DNA from: Octopus bimaculoides
Taxonomy: Eukaryota
Direction of reading: 5' to 3'
NCBI RefSeq assembly: GCF_001194135.2
Contig: NC_068986.1
Coordinates: 83,908,129 to 83,941,899 of the forward strand
Length of the DNA stretch: 33,771 nucleotides
Below are positions 11,332-24,769 of the stretch, piece by piece. Each line of letters opens with the position of its first letter. The stretch's first letter is position 1. The translations under genes were made by a program, and so were the position numbers. The notes beneath the pieces were generated by a model. The model saw only the letters and a list, made by a program, of their open reading frames with translations, ran no database searches and had not been told where the DNA came from.

Positions 11332-12597
11332 GTTGAGAGCTGCTACTGGGCAGAGCAGCATGACAGGTTGTGAACCATTCTACGCACTAAAAAATATCTC
11401 ACTCCTAATATTCTCATTATGAATATTTTGATTTGTTNNNNNNNNNNNNNNNNNNNNNNNNNNNNNNNNNNNNNNNNNNNNNNNNNNNNNNNNNNNNNNN
11501 NNNNNNNNNNNNNNNNNNNNNNNNNNNNNNNNNNNNNNNNNNNNNNNNNNNNNNNNNNNNNNNNNNNNNNNNNNNNNNNNNNNNNNNNNNNNNNNNNNNN
11601 NNNNNNNNNNNNNNNNNNNNNNNNNNNNNNNNNNNNNNNNNNNNNNNNNNNNNNNNNNNNNNNNNNNNAACAAGCAAAATATATTTGTATTTAAAATGAA
11701 AATATCTTCCAGTATTTAATTAGACAAAAGTTTTTCACTCAGATCCATTGCTTGAGTTATTACCAAAACTCTTTTGAATGTAACAGGCTATTTTTCCCCA
11801 AGTTTTAGGTAGAAAAATTTCTTTTCTTTTAAGATTTAGCCTTTTTTTTTTATTAACTTTACATCCTTACTGAAGACTGAATTTAACATTCCAATAGTAA
11901 AACAACAATTAGTACTTAATATCAATATGAAGAATTTTACCAGTTGTGACCTAGACAACCTCCTTTTTCACTTTTATTCTTATAAACAAAAAAAAAAAAA
12001 AGCATCTGAGACATCATTTGCTAATAGATAGAAGCTTAGTCTAATAGCCATTTACATTTTTTTTCTTCTCCAATTGGTGATATTTGCTAAGTTGTTTTGC
12101 TTTTTTTTTCTTTGAAACTAGTGTTGTTTGTTTATAACATTTAACATGAGTATATCCTAAACAACTCTATTTTCAGACCTTAGATCTTTTCAAGCAATGT
12201 GTTAAAACAGATTACTAAACATGTTTAGAATGTTCAAATTTAACTAAACAAAAGAGTTTTGAGCTAATCACTCAGCAAATTATTGAGCAGTTAGTTTATT
12301 AGTGACAATAAATTTTTATATATTTTGAATTTATATGAATGATTTATTTTTTCTTTATTGCAGATTTTCATGTAAAAGCTATTTTATGCTCCTTAAAAAA
12401 CAAATCTGATCCTAATTAAATTATATAGATTAAGTTTTTATTTATTAAGTTTCTCTTGGTTCATGTAAAGTAAATGAAGCAATTCTACTAAATAGTCAAA
12501 CTAAACTCCCTGGCAACTATCCTTTGCTAGTTTCTCTGTTCACTTGATTTTTTCCCTCTTTTGACACATATACATATATGTGCACGCACGCACGCAC

Positions 12598-12640
<43 letters not shown>

Positions 12641-14556
12641 TACTGTGGTGTAAGTGGGATTACAAACCCATTTCTGAAGGTTGTATGTTGCCTGCCACAT
12701 ATTAAGAGGACTGTACTCGTCAAGGATTTGTATTGATAAACCACATAGTATGTAGAATAAATATGGGTTTGTTATCCCAATTACTGCATCAGACTTAGCA
12801 TATTTCAACTGCAAACCTGTATCAGTCCTTTTTAATTTATTTTTGATACAAAAAAAAAAAGAAACAAAAAGATAAAAACAATGTGCTTTTCACACAGGCA
12901 TATGCACTACAGAAACATAAAAATACATGTGTGTATACTCATAGTATTTGAAGTATCTATGGGCATTTATTGTGTGGTGTGGCTGTGATTAAACAGAGAT
13001 GTCTGCTTGCAAATTTGGTGAAGTTGTGTTCTCTTACTTTTACTTTATTTATGATTCTTGATATTGATACTATTAGACTTAAAGGTGTGGCACTAAAGTA
13101 ATTTGGTTGTTACGTAAGAACATTATATAAGGGGAGTGAGTGTGTGTGTACAATATATCCATAATATATATATATATATGAAGAGAAAGGATGGTTCAGT
13201 ATATACAGGGTGCAAATTGTTCAGTGTACAAACATTACCTGCTCCATGGTGATACAGGCAGACTGAATGTTTTCACTGGGCAAGTATTATAAGCTGAGGT
13301 ATTTCATGCCAGTTAGAAAATGTTTAATAATAGAGGGGCTTCACTGGAAGAATGTCAGGCAAAAGTGTCAGTTCTACCAATTTGAATCAAAAGTTTCTTG
13401 TCTTATCTTTGTTCTTAACAGTATTTGTTCTCAATTTGTATCAGACTTTCAAGCTGGAGAAGGGATCATTGGGCTCTCTCACCAATCAGTGTTTCAGTGC
13501 CCGATTGTTGTTGTTTAGCCCCATGTCAATCTTGACTGAGCAGTTGTATAGTCAAAGATATTGGAGCATCCTGTCTCTTTTCTATATCTGGCAGAAAATT
13601 ATCTGATCTGTATCATTTCTTTAAATACAATAAACTGTGATTTGAGGGAAATATCACTGCTGTCTTTAGCAGGTTACACAAAAACTGTGTATTGGTTTCT
13701 TTTGCTTGCTGGTTGTTTGTTTATGGCAAGCATTAAATTACAAAATATTTTTAAAAGTTATTATTGGCGTTGTCATTAAGTGTCCTTTGTCAAGTGTGCA
13801 TGAGTTGACCTTTGACATGGTTGTGGTTAACTGAATGTTTCAGTTAATGTTTCAAGACATAAGCCATATAATTATTATAATGAAGCGGGCTATTGTGTAA
13901 CTTTTAACTTTTAGTGACTTAATTAAAACATAATGACAATTTGGCTGCTTATGTTGAACAATTCAAGTTGCTACTTAGAAACTCTGTCGTTGGCTGTTAT
14001 TGTTTGTCCAGTAGCTATTTTGTTGTTGACCTTTCTTTTTTAAAGCAGTAGAGTGTAACTTGAGGGAGATTTAGTTGCCTTTTCTCAGATATATATCAAA
14101 TGATCCCTGTAGATGTTCCTTCACTGGAATAGTTAGAATAGTGAAATATATATGATTGTGGAGTGGCTTAAGTTGTTGAGTACAAGGTTAATTATCTTAA
14201 ATTATTTAATTTTGTTCTTTTACATTTTGTGTTCAAATCCTATCAGAGCCAATTTTTTCTTTCTGCATACACGTAATTTCATTCAAAAGCAAACCATTCT
14301 TGAAAGGTCTTAGGGTTGTTCACTATAGATCAATGTTTGTCAGTTTTCATATATTCATTGTACATATGCATACAAGATTTTGCATTCTCTTACTCCCTCC
14401 CTCTTTCTCCCTCACAAACACACACACATACACACACACACACAAGATTAGTGTTGAGCATATATTAAAAGGCTCTTCATCATAAATTCTTATGTACTGT
14501 ACAAATGTACAATACATAAGTATAATTAACACAGATGTACACATACACATGTGCAC

Positions 14557-14590
<34 letters not shown>

Positions 14591-15845
14591 CACCTAAAAT
14601 CTTTTAACTTCTCTGGTTTCCATATTGTTCAGAAGAGTCAACTTCAGAAGCAAATAAATTGAAATAGTTGTAGGAAAGGAGAAATGAGATAATTACATCT
14701 GTCACATTTCTTCTCACCTATTATGGCTATGGCCTTGTGTCCTATCTTGCTAAATTAATTTTATTTTTTTCATTCCTTTCCCCACAAGTCTTGAAAACAA
14801 TGGAAAGTCTTTGTGGAATATTTACGTCAAGAAAATATTAGATAATTATTATTTTTTTTAAGATTCTTTCTTTTGTGTGTTTATGTTAATATTTTTTGTG
14901 TGTGTATGAGTGACAGCATGGGAGAGAGAAAGAAAAAGATTGTTGGTGTTTGCATCCAAATATGTGTGTGTGTGTGTGGGGGGGACAGGGTACATTAAGA
15001 AGATAATTTGTCTGTGTAACTGTATGTACACATATACAACAAATGAAGTGTTTATTAAATTTTCAGTCACCCAAGCCTGAACTGGTAGCAAAGAAATTTT
15101 TACAATCGCTTCATTTTGATTCACTGTGCCTGAAAGAGAGAAGGAAGTAAGAGAGAGAGAGTAACAAGAAGAAAAAAAAGAGTCACAAAATCAAAAGAGA
15201 GATGAATATTACAATATAGTCCAAGTTTTCTTCTTGATCTTGCTTAAAGTTCCATGACCAAGAATTATCTTTGTGTGTGTGTGTGTACATGCATTAAATA
15301 TATTCACAGATATGTATGTATGCAAAAGAAAAATGTGTGTGTGCATGCATGTGTGTATATTGGGTTGAATGGGACTTCAAGTTTTACCTGTAACAGTTTA
15401 TTCAACCAGTCTGAGTGAATAAACAACTGGAGGCAAAACTTGAAATCACCTTACCTCAGCCCAATATCTATTATAAATTTGATTCTATTAAAAGTATTGA
15501 ATCCTTTTATAAAGACTTTATTTATGAATGTGTATGCATGTATACATATATATATATATATATATANNNNNNNNNNNNNNNNNNNNNNNNNNNNNNNNNN
15601 NNNNNNNNNNNNNNNNNNNNNNNNNNNNNNNNNNNNNNNNNNNNNNNNNNNNNNNNNNNNNNNNNNTATGTATGTATAGATAGATAGATAGATAGATAGA
15701 TAAACAGATAGGTAGTAATAATAAAGGTTAATCATATGAAACAAAAGAATTGTTCTTTATTACCAATATACTTCTCTGTAAACTACCCAAAACTTTTTAT
15801 TCCTATGTATGTGCGTACGTACATTTGTTCGTTTGTTTGTTCATT

Positions 15846-16291
15846 CATCATTATCATTTTAATATCCACTTTTCTATGTGTGTATGGATTAGACAAAATT
15901 CATTGAGGCAGATTTTTCTATGGCCAGATGCCCTTCCCGTTGTTGGTCTTTACATGTTTCCAAAGAAGGTGATATTACTCTATGCCCAAACAAGTTTTTA
16001 CAGAAGAATGGAAATGAATGACACCACTTGTATGAACATGGCATTCATTTACAATTATTGTGCAATGTGAAAACAGAGAGGAACTAAAACATATACACCC
16101 ATGCATACGTATGTGTATGTATATATAGGTTTCTTTCAGTTTCCTTCTACTAAATCTACTCACAAGGCTTTGTTTGATTCAAGGCTGTAATAGAAGACAC
16201 TTGCTAAGGTGCCATGCCATTTAATGGGATTGAACTTGAAACCACATAGTTGAGAAGCAAACTATTTAACCACAGAGGCACACCTGTGCCT
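15846..16291 (-). mobile_element. tRNA-derived SINE, near full-length: head (16128-16291), microsatellite, body and RTE-type tail
   Basis: The head is the reverse complement of the 23479-23640 head (GAAACTGAAAGAAAC, CCTTGTGAGTAGATTT, AAGTGTCTTCTATTACAG). The tail is homologous to 26905-27160. Confidence 0.85.
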
Positions 16292-16324
16292 GTATATGCT
16301 CACACATGCACAACACACATCTAT

Positions 16325-16566
16325 GTATTTCTTGTATTAACATTACATGATAGTTCTAAACAAGTGTAACCATCATATTAGTGATGTCTTTTGTTTCAAA
16401 TCTTCTGTGTGAACATGTTCAGCTATGGGGGAGTATTGCTTAGTTTGGAAATAGGTTAGGATAGACAACAGGTAGGACATCTAGCCATAGAAAATCTGTT
16501 TCAACAAATTCTGTTTGCCATTTGCCAGCATGGAAAAGTGGACATTAAAGTGATGAGGAGGATGAG
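16325..16566 (+). mobile_element. SINE body and tail (headless), inverted relative to 15846-16085
   Basis: GGACATCTAGCCATAGAAAATCTG...GCATGGAAAAGTGGACATTAAAGTGATGAG aligns with the reverse complement of 15846-15960. Confidence 0.8.
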
Positions 16567-17041
16567 ACTTATATATTCCCCAAAATATTTAAATACTTGA
16601 TCATTTCAACAATTTTCTGTTGAAATGTTGTGGGGGTTTAAACAAGTGTAGGCAGTAACAAGTCTGCATGGTAGCTGTAACTTTGGTCTTATCCTGTATA
16701 TAATGTAGCCCCCTGCCACACACACACACACACATACTAGACAGATAGAGAGATTAGCTCAGAAATTTATCACTCAGTTAAGAGAAGTAGTAAACATTTT
16801 CCAAAATGGTTTCATAAAAGACCTATATATGTGTATATATATATATATATATTGGTCATCTGATAATACTTTGGATTATGTCACAAATGTTTCTCTTGAA
16901 GATATTATCTAACTAATCAATGAAACTTTTAGTAACAACATTGCCAGCCATGGACAGTATGTGAATCATATACTTCACTCTTTGCCTTGAAATTTCTTGG
17001 CTTGTCCCATCTTATGTACATTAAATAGTGTGTGTGTAAGT

Positions 17042-17044
<3 letters not shown>

Positions 17045-17108
<64 letters not shown>
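17045..17108. repeat. (CA)n microsatellite, representative of dozens of (TA)n/(CA)n/(TG)n arrays in the window
   Basis: Perfect dinucleotide run. Similar arrays flank most N-gaps and occupy 33668-33771. Confidence 0.98.
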
Positions 17109-17110
<2 letters not shown>

Positions 17111-17627
17111 AATATGTGCACACACATATATATGTATTGCTCACACTAATTTAAATTTATTTGCATTGACCAAAGTTCATTTACTAAAAATATATAAAGA
17201 CAAACATAAGATAAAGAGAGAGAGAGAGAGAGAGAGATTCAGTGTGAGAGAAATCACTCAGAAATACTTCAGAAAACTCACAATTTCCATTTTTCTTTTT
17301 ACTTTCTCTTTTTCCCAAAACAAAATCTTTGAAAAGAAAATTTTTTAATGAATTTAATTACCTTTTTTTTAAATTTTATCCCTCAAAAAGTTGGGAGCAA
17401 ATGGAAAAAAATCCTTCAACTTTTTTACATTCATTCCTTGAAGAAGACTCTCCTAAACAGTATGGTTATTATTATTATTATTAAATTTTTTTTTCTATTA
17501 TTGTTTAGATGATAGGCTGTTGCTCATTACCTCATTGATTTTTCTCTTCCTTGCCCCTCTTAGATTATATATTCTTACATCTCTTTACTTTGGCACCTTA
17601 AACTATTCTTCATTTCTAACATTTCAG

Positions 17628-17708
17628 TGGAACCACTCCCTAAAACAGAAACCCCAATGGAAGTAGAACCACCCCAGTTACAGCCAATGCCTGTTGGTCA
17701 CAATATAA
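17628..17708 (+). CDS. Internal exon (xEPLPKTETPMEVEPPQLQPMPVGHNI)
   Basis: Acceptor TTCTTCATTTCTAACATTTCAG with branch CTAAC, perfect donor A|GTAAGT, 81 nt, phase 1-1. The P/E/Q-rich composition matches the next exon. Confidence 0.72.
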
Positions 17709-18204
17709 GTAAGTGCAATTTTGTTGCGTTATTGTTACTATTGTCTGTTATGTGTTTGTCAGCATGTTTTTAAATCATTCACCAGGCACCTATTATTATT
17801 TTAAGGATATTTTTTTCCTGTTTTTGATCCTCACATTCCAGTTATCTCTGTTACATGATTTTATATTTAGATAATTTCTGAAATTCTTTTAGTTGAGACT
17901 GATACTTTGATTAAACTGGACTTCCTCTTCTTCTGGTTGTTGATAATAATGTCTGACTGACTTGAACAATCTGTGTGGATTGGCATATCATCAAGTAATG
18001 GATGCTTTATCCAGTCTCTTAGACCTATTCTGGTGTTTGTTTATCCACCTCTTTTCTGGTGATATTTCATAATGCTGGCATAATTTCTAGTGTATAAACG
18101 CCCTCAACTCTGTCTTGCTTATATATATATATGTGTGCATGTGTATGTACATATGTGTGTATTCTTAGCTAAGACAAGACAGCCACATATCATTATTATT
18201 ATTA

Positions 18205-18217
18205 TTGTTATTATTAT

Positions 18218-18270
<53 letters not shown>
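18205..18270. repeat. (ATT)n-(ACT)n trinucleotide array
   Basis: Direct tandem repeat. Confidence 0.95.
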
Positions 18271-18271
<1 letters not shown>

Positions 18272-18326
18272 CAAAAAGGTGGAAAGCTCTGAGAATTGTT
18301 AGAACATTGGAAAAAAATATCTTCCA

Positions 18327-18470
18327 TTCTAAGGTCAACTTCAGCTTTTGCCTTTCATTCTTTTGCAATTGATAAAATAAAATACCAGTCAAGTACTAGA
18401 GTCGATGGAATTGACTAACCCCTTCTCCTTAAGAATTGCTGGCCTTGTGCCAAAATCAGAAACAGTTATT
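18327..18470 (+). mobile_element. SINE body fragment
   Basis: TTTGCCTTTCATTC...GATAAAATAAAATACCAG...GTCGATG..ATTGACT...GCTGGCCTTGTGCCAAAAT resembles a SINE central domain I recall from octopus genomes. GGGGTCGAT is also present in the 23479 SINE. Confidence 0.5.
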
Positions 18471-18627
18471 ATCAATACTCTCAGTCTGAGTGCCACTTTA
18501 TTCTCTTACTGCTCAAACTCTCTTTAATCAATGTTGTTTTTAACCAACTGGCATGTCTGTCATTGTTTTGTTATAGAACTAACCAAGAAAAATGAAAAAT
18601 AATTTTTTCCCTTTGCTTGTTCTTTAA

Positions 18628-18847
18628 CTCTTCAGCATTCAGATTACTCTGTCAAATGTAATGCTTATTTATTCACATTGTTTTTGAATTAATCATGCAT
18701 TATCTTGTAACTTCAAGATTTCAATGATATGATTGCTTATTTTATATAATGACATTAGGATATGTGTGAGAGGCCAGATTTGGTCAGTTTCAACACAAAA
18801 CAGGTAGAATATTTTGGCCAGAAATAGCCAGTTTAAATGCTAAAGGG
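18628..18847. mobile_element. MITE with TTAA target-site duplication (piggyBac-like)
   Basis: TTAA|CTCTTCAGCATT...AATGCTAAAGGG|TTAA, 220 bp, with a second copy at 32979-33178. Confidence 0.8.
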
Positions 18848-19019
18848 TTAAGTGGGTGTATTTTGTTTTAAGATAATTCAAAATTCTTTCTTTAACAAGA
18901 AATAATATAAAAAAAGAAAAATAACTGCAGTCATAGCTACAGATGAGAGATTAGCAAATGCAGATGGTAACCACAAAGGTGAGTGCCTTATGGTAGAAAG
19001 CTAGCTAGAAGAGATGGAG

Positions 19020-20850
19020 TTTGCCATCAAACTACATGATGACATCTGAGATTCGCAATTGCTCAGTAGTGAAACGGCTGCAATGTCTAACATTACCAAT
19101 AATTCCAAATATCATACTACCAACATGACTACTACTAACACCAGCTATAATGTAGGGAATATTTTTGTCCCTCACAGTGGCGAGCAGCATGCAAGAACAG
19201 CTACCGACAGTAATAACAATACTAACAACTATGGTACCAACATAGAAAACTTTTGCTATCCCTGCCAACAAGAACACCACTACTAGCACTGCTACTATTA
19301 AGACATACCAGCTATAAAGATAATGACAATAATACTCAAAACACTCAAAAATGAAATAGTGAGCTTGTCTGGTGACATAGCAGAAGGGTCTCAAGAGAAA
19401 TTCCTTCAGAAATCATGTCACAGATGACCAGGCAGATTTCTATGTACAGGCGTATGATAGAGAAGAGCAGGTAGGGAGAAAAGCAAAGTAAAAGAAGTTC
19501 CTAGGTGCATCTGGGCTGATGTGAATTTCTTCACTCATGTCATAAATAGGAAATTCCTCTCAGAAGTGCCGGCCAAGAAGCACTCTACTGCCCCATGTAG
19601 GAATATACCCTTATCCCAACTTGTATGGACCAGTGAGTCATGAAGGTAATAGTAAAGTAGGTATATACCAGCAGAAAAGAACACTGTCAGCTAAAGCCAA
19701 AATAAGGCAAGTTCTGCAATGTTGCTCACACTACATAATCAATAGCAACAGTGGTCAGGATTCCAAAGAGGATTATTTGTAGCACTGAGAAATAAACAGT
19801 ACAGGAGTCCACCTCACAACAAAGATACAAACCACACACAGAAACTAATAAACACTGGCATCAACCAATGTCTACCTTTCTCCAACTTTTCATCAAATGA
19901 TGAGGAAACAGGATCATGCTAAACTATTATCATGTAGACAATTACAAACATGAAAAACAACAAAGATATACACATAGAAGTATAGGATGTCAAAGTACCT
20001 AATCAAGACATCCACCCAAGGATTTCTAGTAAAATCAGCACTTGAGAATGTTTAAATAAATCACAGACAAAAGAATTTTGAGGGGACTTTCAAGATCCCA
20101 CTGCTAAGAAGCTTGGATTACCTATTCATACTGAACCTTCTGTTGTAAGTCTGTGATCCTGGACATAAACTACAGAAAAGGTGGTCCTTCTATTTAGTGG
20201 CTTATTTATGCCTGATTCAGTCAGAATGTCCAAATTTTACCAGACATCTAAAAACCTTCTTGAGAACATGTTGCTCATCAGAGTCAGTGGAAACAGGAAT
20301 GATGTCTTAGAAGCTTGCTGGGATTGTATGGGAGCACTTAATAGCAAGTGGTGTGTAGAAGTCTTACAACTTTGCTTAAGTAGTTCTTACTCTCTGTCAG
20401 ATATCAACAAGATTTTCTGAATCAGCTAATGCAGATATAGACTCAATCAGTGCTCAAGTATTACTAGCTTGTGGAATTACATTGAACAGCTATTGTGTTT
20501 TGGATGGATCTAGAATAAGCCAAGTCTAATGTGAAGATTAGCCTACATACCTTGCTTTCTCACAGAAGGGCAGACATCTTTCCTTTCTTGTCTGGTAGTG
20601 TGGTGGTAGATATTAAAAGATCTGAAGGGAAACACTTCCCTCACTTGGAATGAAACCTGAGGGTAGAAAGAAAAATGCTACCATCCAATAAATTTGCAAA
20701 AAGTTGGGTGAAGGTGATGAACATGATATGAATGAATGAACTCTCAGTATATGCTTGTAAGCCAAGACAGAAGCTGAGAGAGAGAGTGAGAGAGTACATA
20801 TCTTGGTTGTCAGAGTAATCCAGGATATATAACATTTGTCCATTGGCCCC
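19020..20850. mobile_element. Probable highly decayed retroelement sequence
   Basis: About 1.8 kb of higher-complexity, microsatellite-free, A-rich sequence with broken ORF-like segments (e.g. CYPCQQEHH). No clean RT motif was found. Confidence 0.3.
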
Positions 20851-21007
20851 AGGTGGGTATCCCCGTATTGGGACGTTTTCTTACATATTTATATCGTGTT
20901 TTCATGGCTGTTTCTCTCATGATCATTTCTATTAACTAGCTTTCATTTTTCTTGTAATCTGTGATGTCACCTCATCTATCATCCTCATGGAAAAATTTTA
21001 AATCTTC

Positions 21008-21008
21008 A

Positions 21009-21080
<72 letters not shown>

Positions 21081-21145
21081 TTATTATTATTAGTAGTAGT
21101 AGTAGTAGTATTATTATTATTGTTGTTGTTGTTTGTATTATTATT
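21008..21145. repeat. Compound (TAT)n-(TAG)n-(TTG)n trinucleotide array
   Basis: Direct tandem repeat that produces the spurious poly-L and poly-N ORFs. Confidence 0.95.
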
Positions 21146-21984
21146 TTTTCTGTATGAGAAAATCAATCAATCAATAATCACTACTTAAATAATTTAATCA
21201 ACCACTTTAAACTAAGAAGATTAGAGCAACTAAGTAATAATTTTGCCTCAGGAAGCAGTAATAAAGTTTTGATGGAACAAAATGTGTTTACTATTACACT
21301 GTTTTGTCTATTCTGCAGTAATCAGCAAAACATTCAATCTATGGACTACCTACTCTCATTACTACATTGCATATCATACAACCAACTCTACATTGCAGAT
21401 CTTATAAATTATATAACATCAATGTTTAATGTAGAAAAAAATAAACAGAATGTTCATACTTTACCTAGTACTCATTCTCCAAAGAAAAGCCCAAATTCTG
21501 ATATTTTCTTAGAAAATTTAGAGTCCTTTAAAAAACATTTTAAAATTCAAACTTATTTCCTGAAAATGTAAGTTGCTGCTCAAAATATTAGAATTTTCAT
21601 CTCAGCTGCTTGCATTAATCTAAAAAATTTTATTAAGCTAACTTTTATTGCTGCATTAACATGACTAATCTCTTTAGATTTTTGTGCTACATTTGGAAGA
21701 ATAATATTTTCAATTTTAATGGTTTGATTACCATATGTATCCTTGAGTTGTACTAACCAGCACTACTGAATCAAAGTTTTGAAATCAAAACCTTGTGTGT
21801 TTGTGTTCATAATAGCTTAACCTTACTTAAAAGTGTCTTGTAAAAAATTACATATTATTCTGTAGTAGGGTAACATAAATGTGTAGTTCATACAACTGTA
21901 GAGAGGCTCTGTGTGAGCTGTGGTTGATTTTTTTATACTATCTGAAGGTTTTTTTTTATTGTGATTCCATCTTTTGTATTGCAG

Positions 21985-22665
21985 CTGACGTTTTGCGGTT
22001 GCTGCAACAGAACTCTCAGACATCTGGATTACAAGTTCCACCTGAACTGATATTGTCAAATCTGTTCCCTTCAGCCAATGGTGTAGTGCCAGTACCATCC
22101 AGTTTTCCAGATCAAGAATCCACTACTGACACAAAGTGTGCTTTCCCTTCATCCTTTCATGAACAGAGCCATCCATCTGAAAATTTTCCTTCCCAACTTG
22201 ATTCCTCTAGCCATTTTCATTCACAGACTTCTCTTCAAAACTCCCCAGTCCAGTCCCCCCAGCAGATTCATTCAAATATTTCGTTCCAGTCCACTAATCT
22301 TCCCCAGTCATCATCAGATCACAATTTCCAGACCACCAGTCAGCTCCAGCCATCAGCTGATGCCTTTTTGTCTTCTACGCGCATGGCATCTGACCAGTTA
22401 CTGTCATCTTCATCGATGGGTGCCACAGCAATGGAGATGCACACTAGTGAGGACTTCCAGAACCAGGCACAGCAACTACAACAGACAACAGCCACCTCAC
22501 ATCAACAACTGAACAATTCTTCAACTGATTATCAGTCTGCAGCAGAGATGGTTGAATCTTCATCTGTTAAAGCCACGCCCATGTTAACAAACAGTTCTAC
22601 ACCCCAGTTTCAATCACAATCACTCTATCATGAAGCTGCTACTGCATTACTACAACAACAACAGC

Positions 22666-22702
<37 letters not shown>

Positions 22703-22859
22703 GCAGCAGCAACAACAGCTACAACAGCAACAACAGCAGCTTCATCAACAACAACAGCTTCATCAGCATCAACAACAACAACAGTTGCAACAACAACAAC
22801 AACAACAACAAATACAGCAACAGCTGCAACAGCAACAACAACAGCAACAACAACAACAA

Positions 22860-22890
<31 letters not shown>

Positions 22891-23274
22891 AGCAGCAGCA
22901 GCAACAACAGCAACCACAACAGCAGCAACCACAACAGCAACAAACACTCCACAATAGTCCATCATTAAGTCAACCTAATAGTCATATTCAGTTTAATCCT
23001 GCTCAACAGTCCAACCCACCTCTTCATCATGTGAGCAATGTGTCTGACATGTTACCAATTCAGGTGTCACCTCCAGACCAATTCCACACTCCCTTAAAAC
23101 TGTCTTTGCCAAATTCAATTTCAAAACTTGACAATCCGCAACTCAATGCACCCCCATCTGTCCAGTGTTCAGCGAATGCACAGACATTATTACAGTCATA
23201 TTTTCAGCCATCATCAGACTCTCACACAAATCAGCTACAGACAGAATCAGCACCATTGACACAATTGACATCTT
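21985..23274 (+). CDS. Large internal exon (430 codons): S/Q/P-rich disordered region with a 97-codon polyglutamine tract (22653-22943)
   Basis: It lies inside the 467-aa ORF 21879-23282. Acceptor is TTCCATCTTTTGTATTGCAG and donor is T|GTGAGT just before the ORF stop. It is 1290 nt, phase 1-1, with mixed CAA/CAG codons interrupted by L/H/I/P. Confidence 0.9.
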
Positions 23275-23478
23275 GTGAGTAACAAACTTCTTACTGTTAT
23301 TTTATTACGTAACTGCAGAAATTTAAAAAAGAAAGAAATTACTGTTCTTTAGCCCCAAGTCAACTCTGATCAAATGGAATTACGATCAAAAGCGCTCCAA
23401 CCTGTGGCCATCACATATTCTTTTGTGTTCTAGGATCACATCAGTATGTCCTGTTTTTTTTTAAAGAATCAAAGGCAT

Positions 23479-23651
23479 GGCGCAGGAGTGGCTGTGTGGT
23501 AAGTAGTTTGCTTACCAACCACATGGTTCCGGGTTCAGTCCTACTGCATGGCACCTTGGGCAAGTGTCTTCTACTATAGCCTCGGGTCAACCAAAGCCTT
23601 GTAAGTGGATTTAGTAGACAGAAACTGAAAGAAGCCCGTCGTATATATGTA

Positions 23652-23700
<49 letters not shown>

Positions 23701-23907
23701 GTCTGTGTTTGTCCCCCCACCATTGCTTGACAACCGATGCTGTTGTGTTTACATCCCCATAACTTAGCGGTTCAGCAAAAAGAGACCGATAGAATAAGTA
23801 CTAGGCTTACAAAGAATAAGTCCTGGGGTCGATTTTCTCAACTAAAGGTGGTGCACAAGCATGGCCGCAGTCAAATGACTGAAACAAGTAAAAGAGTAAA
23901 AAGAGTA
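23479..23907 (+). mobile_element. Young full-length tRNA-derived SINE with internal (TA)n and a (TAAAAGAG)-type tail
   Basis: A box TGGCTGTGTGG and B box GGTTCAGTCC are present. CpGs are retained, the internal microsatellite spans 23641-23700, and the 3' end is a simple repeat. Confidence 0.92.
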
Positions 23908-24769
23908 TGGTTTGATGAGTAGAAAGAGGAATAAAGAACAGTTACACTCTTTATACCTCCTTCTAACTGGCAATTTTTACGTTATCAAAGTATAGCAGTG
24001 AAAGTGATATGAAGGAATATGTGTGAAATCTAAGTAGTTTGTTAATAAACTGATGTGTAATTATTCTTTGAATAGGCCTGCAACCACTGATACATAAATT
24101 ACTCATAATGTTCATGCCATTTATTTGTGATAGTGTAAGTAATGATACAAATGAATTAGAGGCTGAGAATTTATTATCAACACCATCATACCTTTCTTGG
24201 GATAAACTTACTTTGGCCATTAGGATATAATAGTGGAATCATCATCATATTTGTTCTTATTAGATCTTTCATAGTTGAACAAAATTTTCACCTGGTTGTG
24301 GATATCATTACATCATGTCTTTAACCCTTATCAACCCAATTTGCCCAAAACCAACTTCCGTCCTGTGTTACTCACTTCCCCAAGCTGCTGACAGCAAATT
24401 ATTCATAATTTAAAATCTCATCTAAAATATAATTAAATAAATGTTAATGAGATTATTTTGATAAATCATATTGCAAATACTAGCTTAAATTCTTTTTCTT
24501 TTCTTTTTTCTTTTTTTAAAATTAAATAATTCTTTCCCTTTCTTTTCAAATTCTTTATAGAAATAATGTCATAGAAGGAAATGAAAATATTTTTTTCAAT
24601 CCTTTCATGACTGAAACATTGTGTTGTAGAGCTACTTCATCCATGTCAGTAGGGGGTTAAAATTATGGGGATGATTATGATGATAAGAATGTTTTAATTA
24701 CTTAAATCAATTGCTTTTAAAGATTATTTCATTCTGACTATTAACAATAGTTCAGAAATTCACTTCAAG

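Noticed and set aside
12338-15480. Additional acceptor-like sites (about 12363, 14086, 15067, 15395)
   Set aside because: Each lacks a compatible donor or has a stop in the required phase. Such sites are expected by chance in T-rich DNA.
19059-19286. CYPCQQEHH as a gag zinc knuckle
   Set aside because: The CX2CX4HX4C pattern is incomplete (stop before the last Cys) and no protease or RT motifs were found downstream.
22630-22968. Overlapping poly-N, poly-L, poly-C and poly-V/A ORFs on other frames and strands
   Set aside because: They are automatic by-products of the (CAA/CAG)n tract and have no independent splice or start context.
23479-23560. Functional tRNA gene
   Set aside because: A/B boxes are present but there is no cloverleaf, and it continues into SINE body. 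No true tRNA, rRNA or CRISPR array was seen in the window.
24324-24660. TTAACCC...GGGGTTAA as another piggyBac-like MITE
   Set aside because: The termini match over only 3-4 nt beyond TTAA and there is no second copy in the window.
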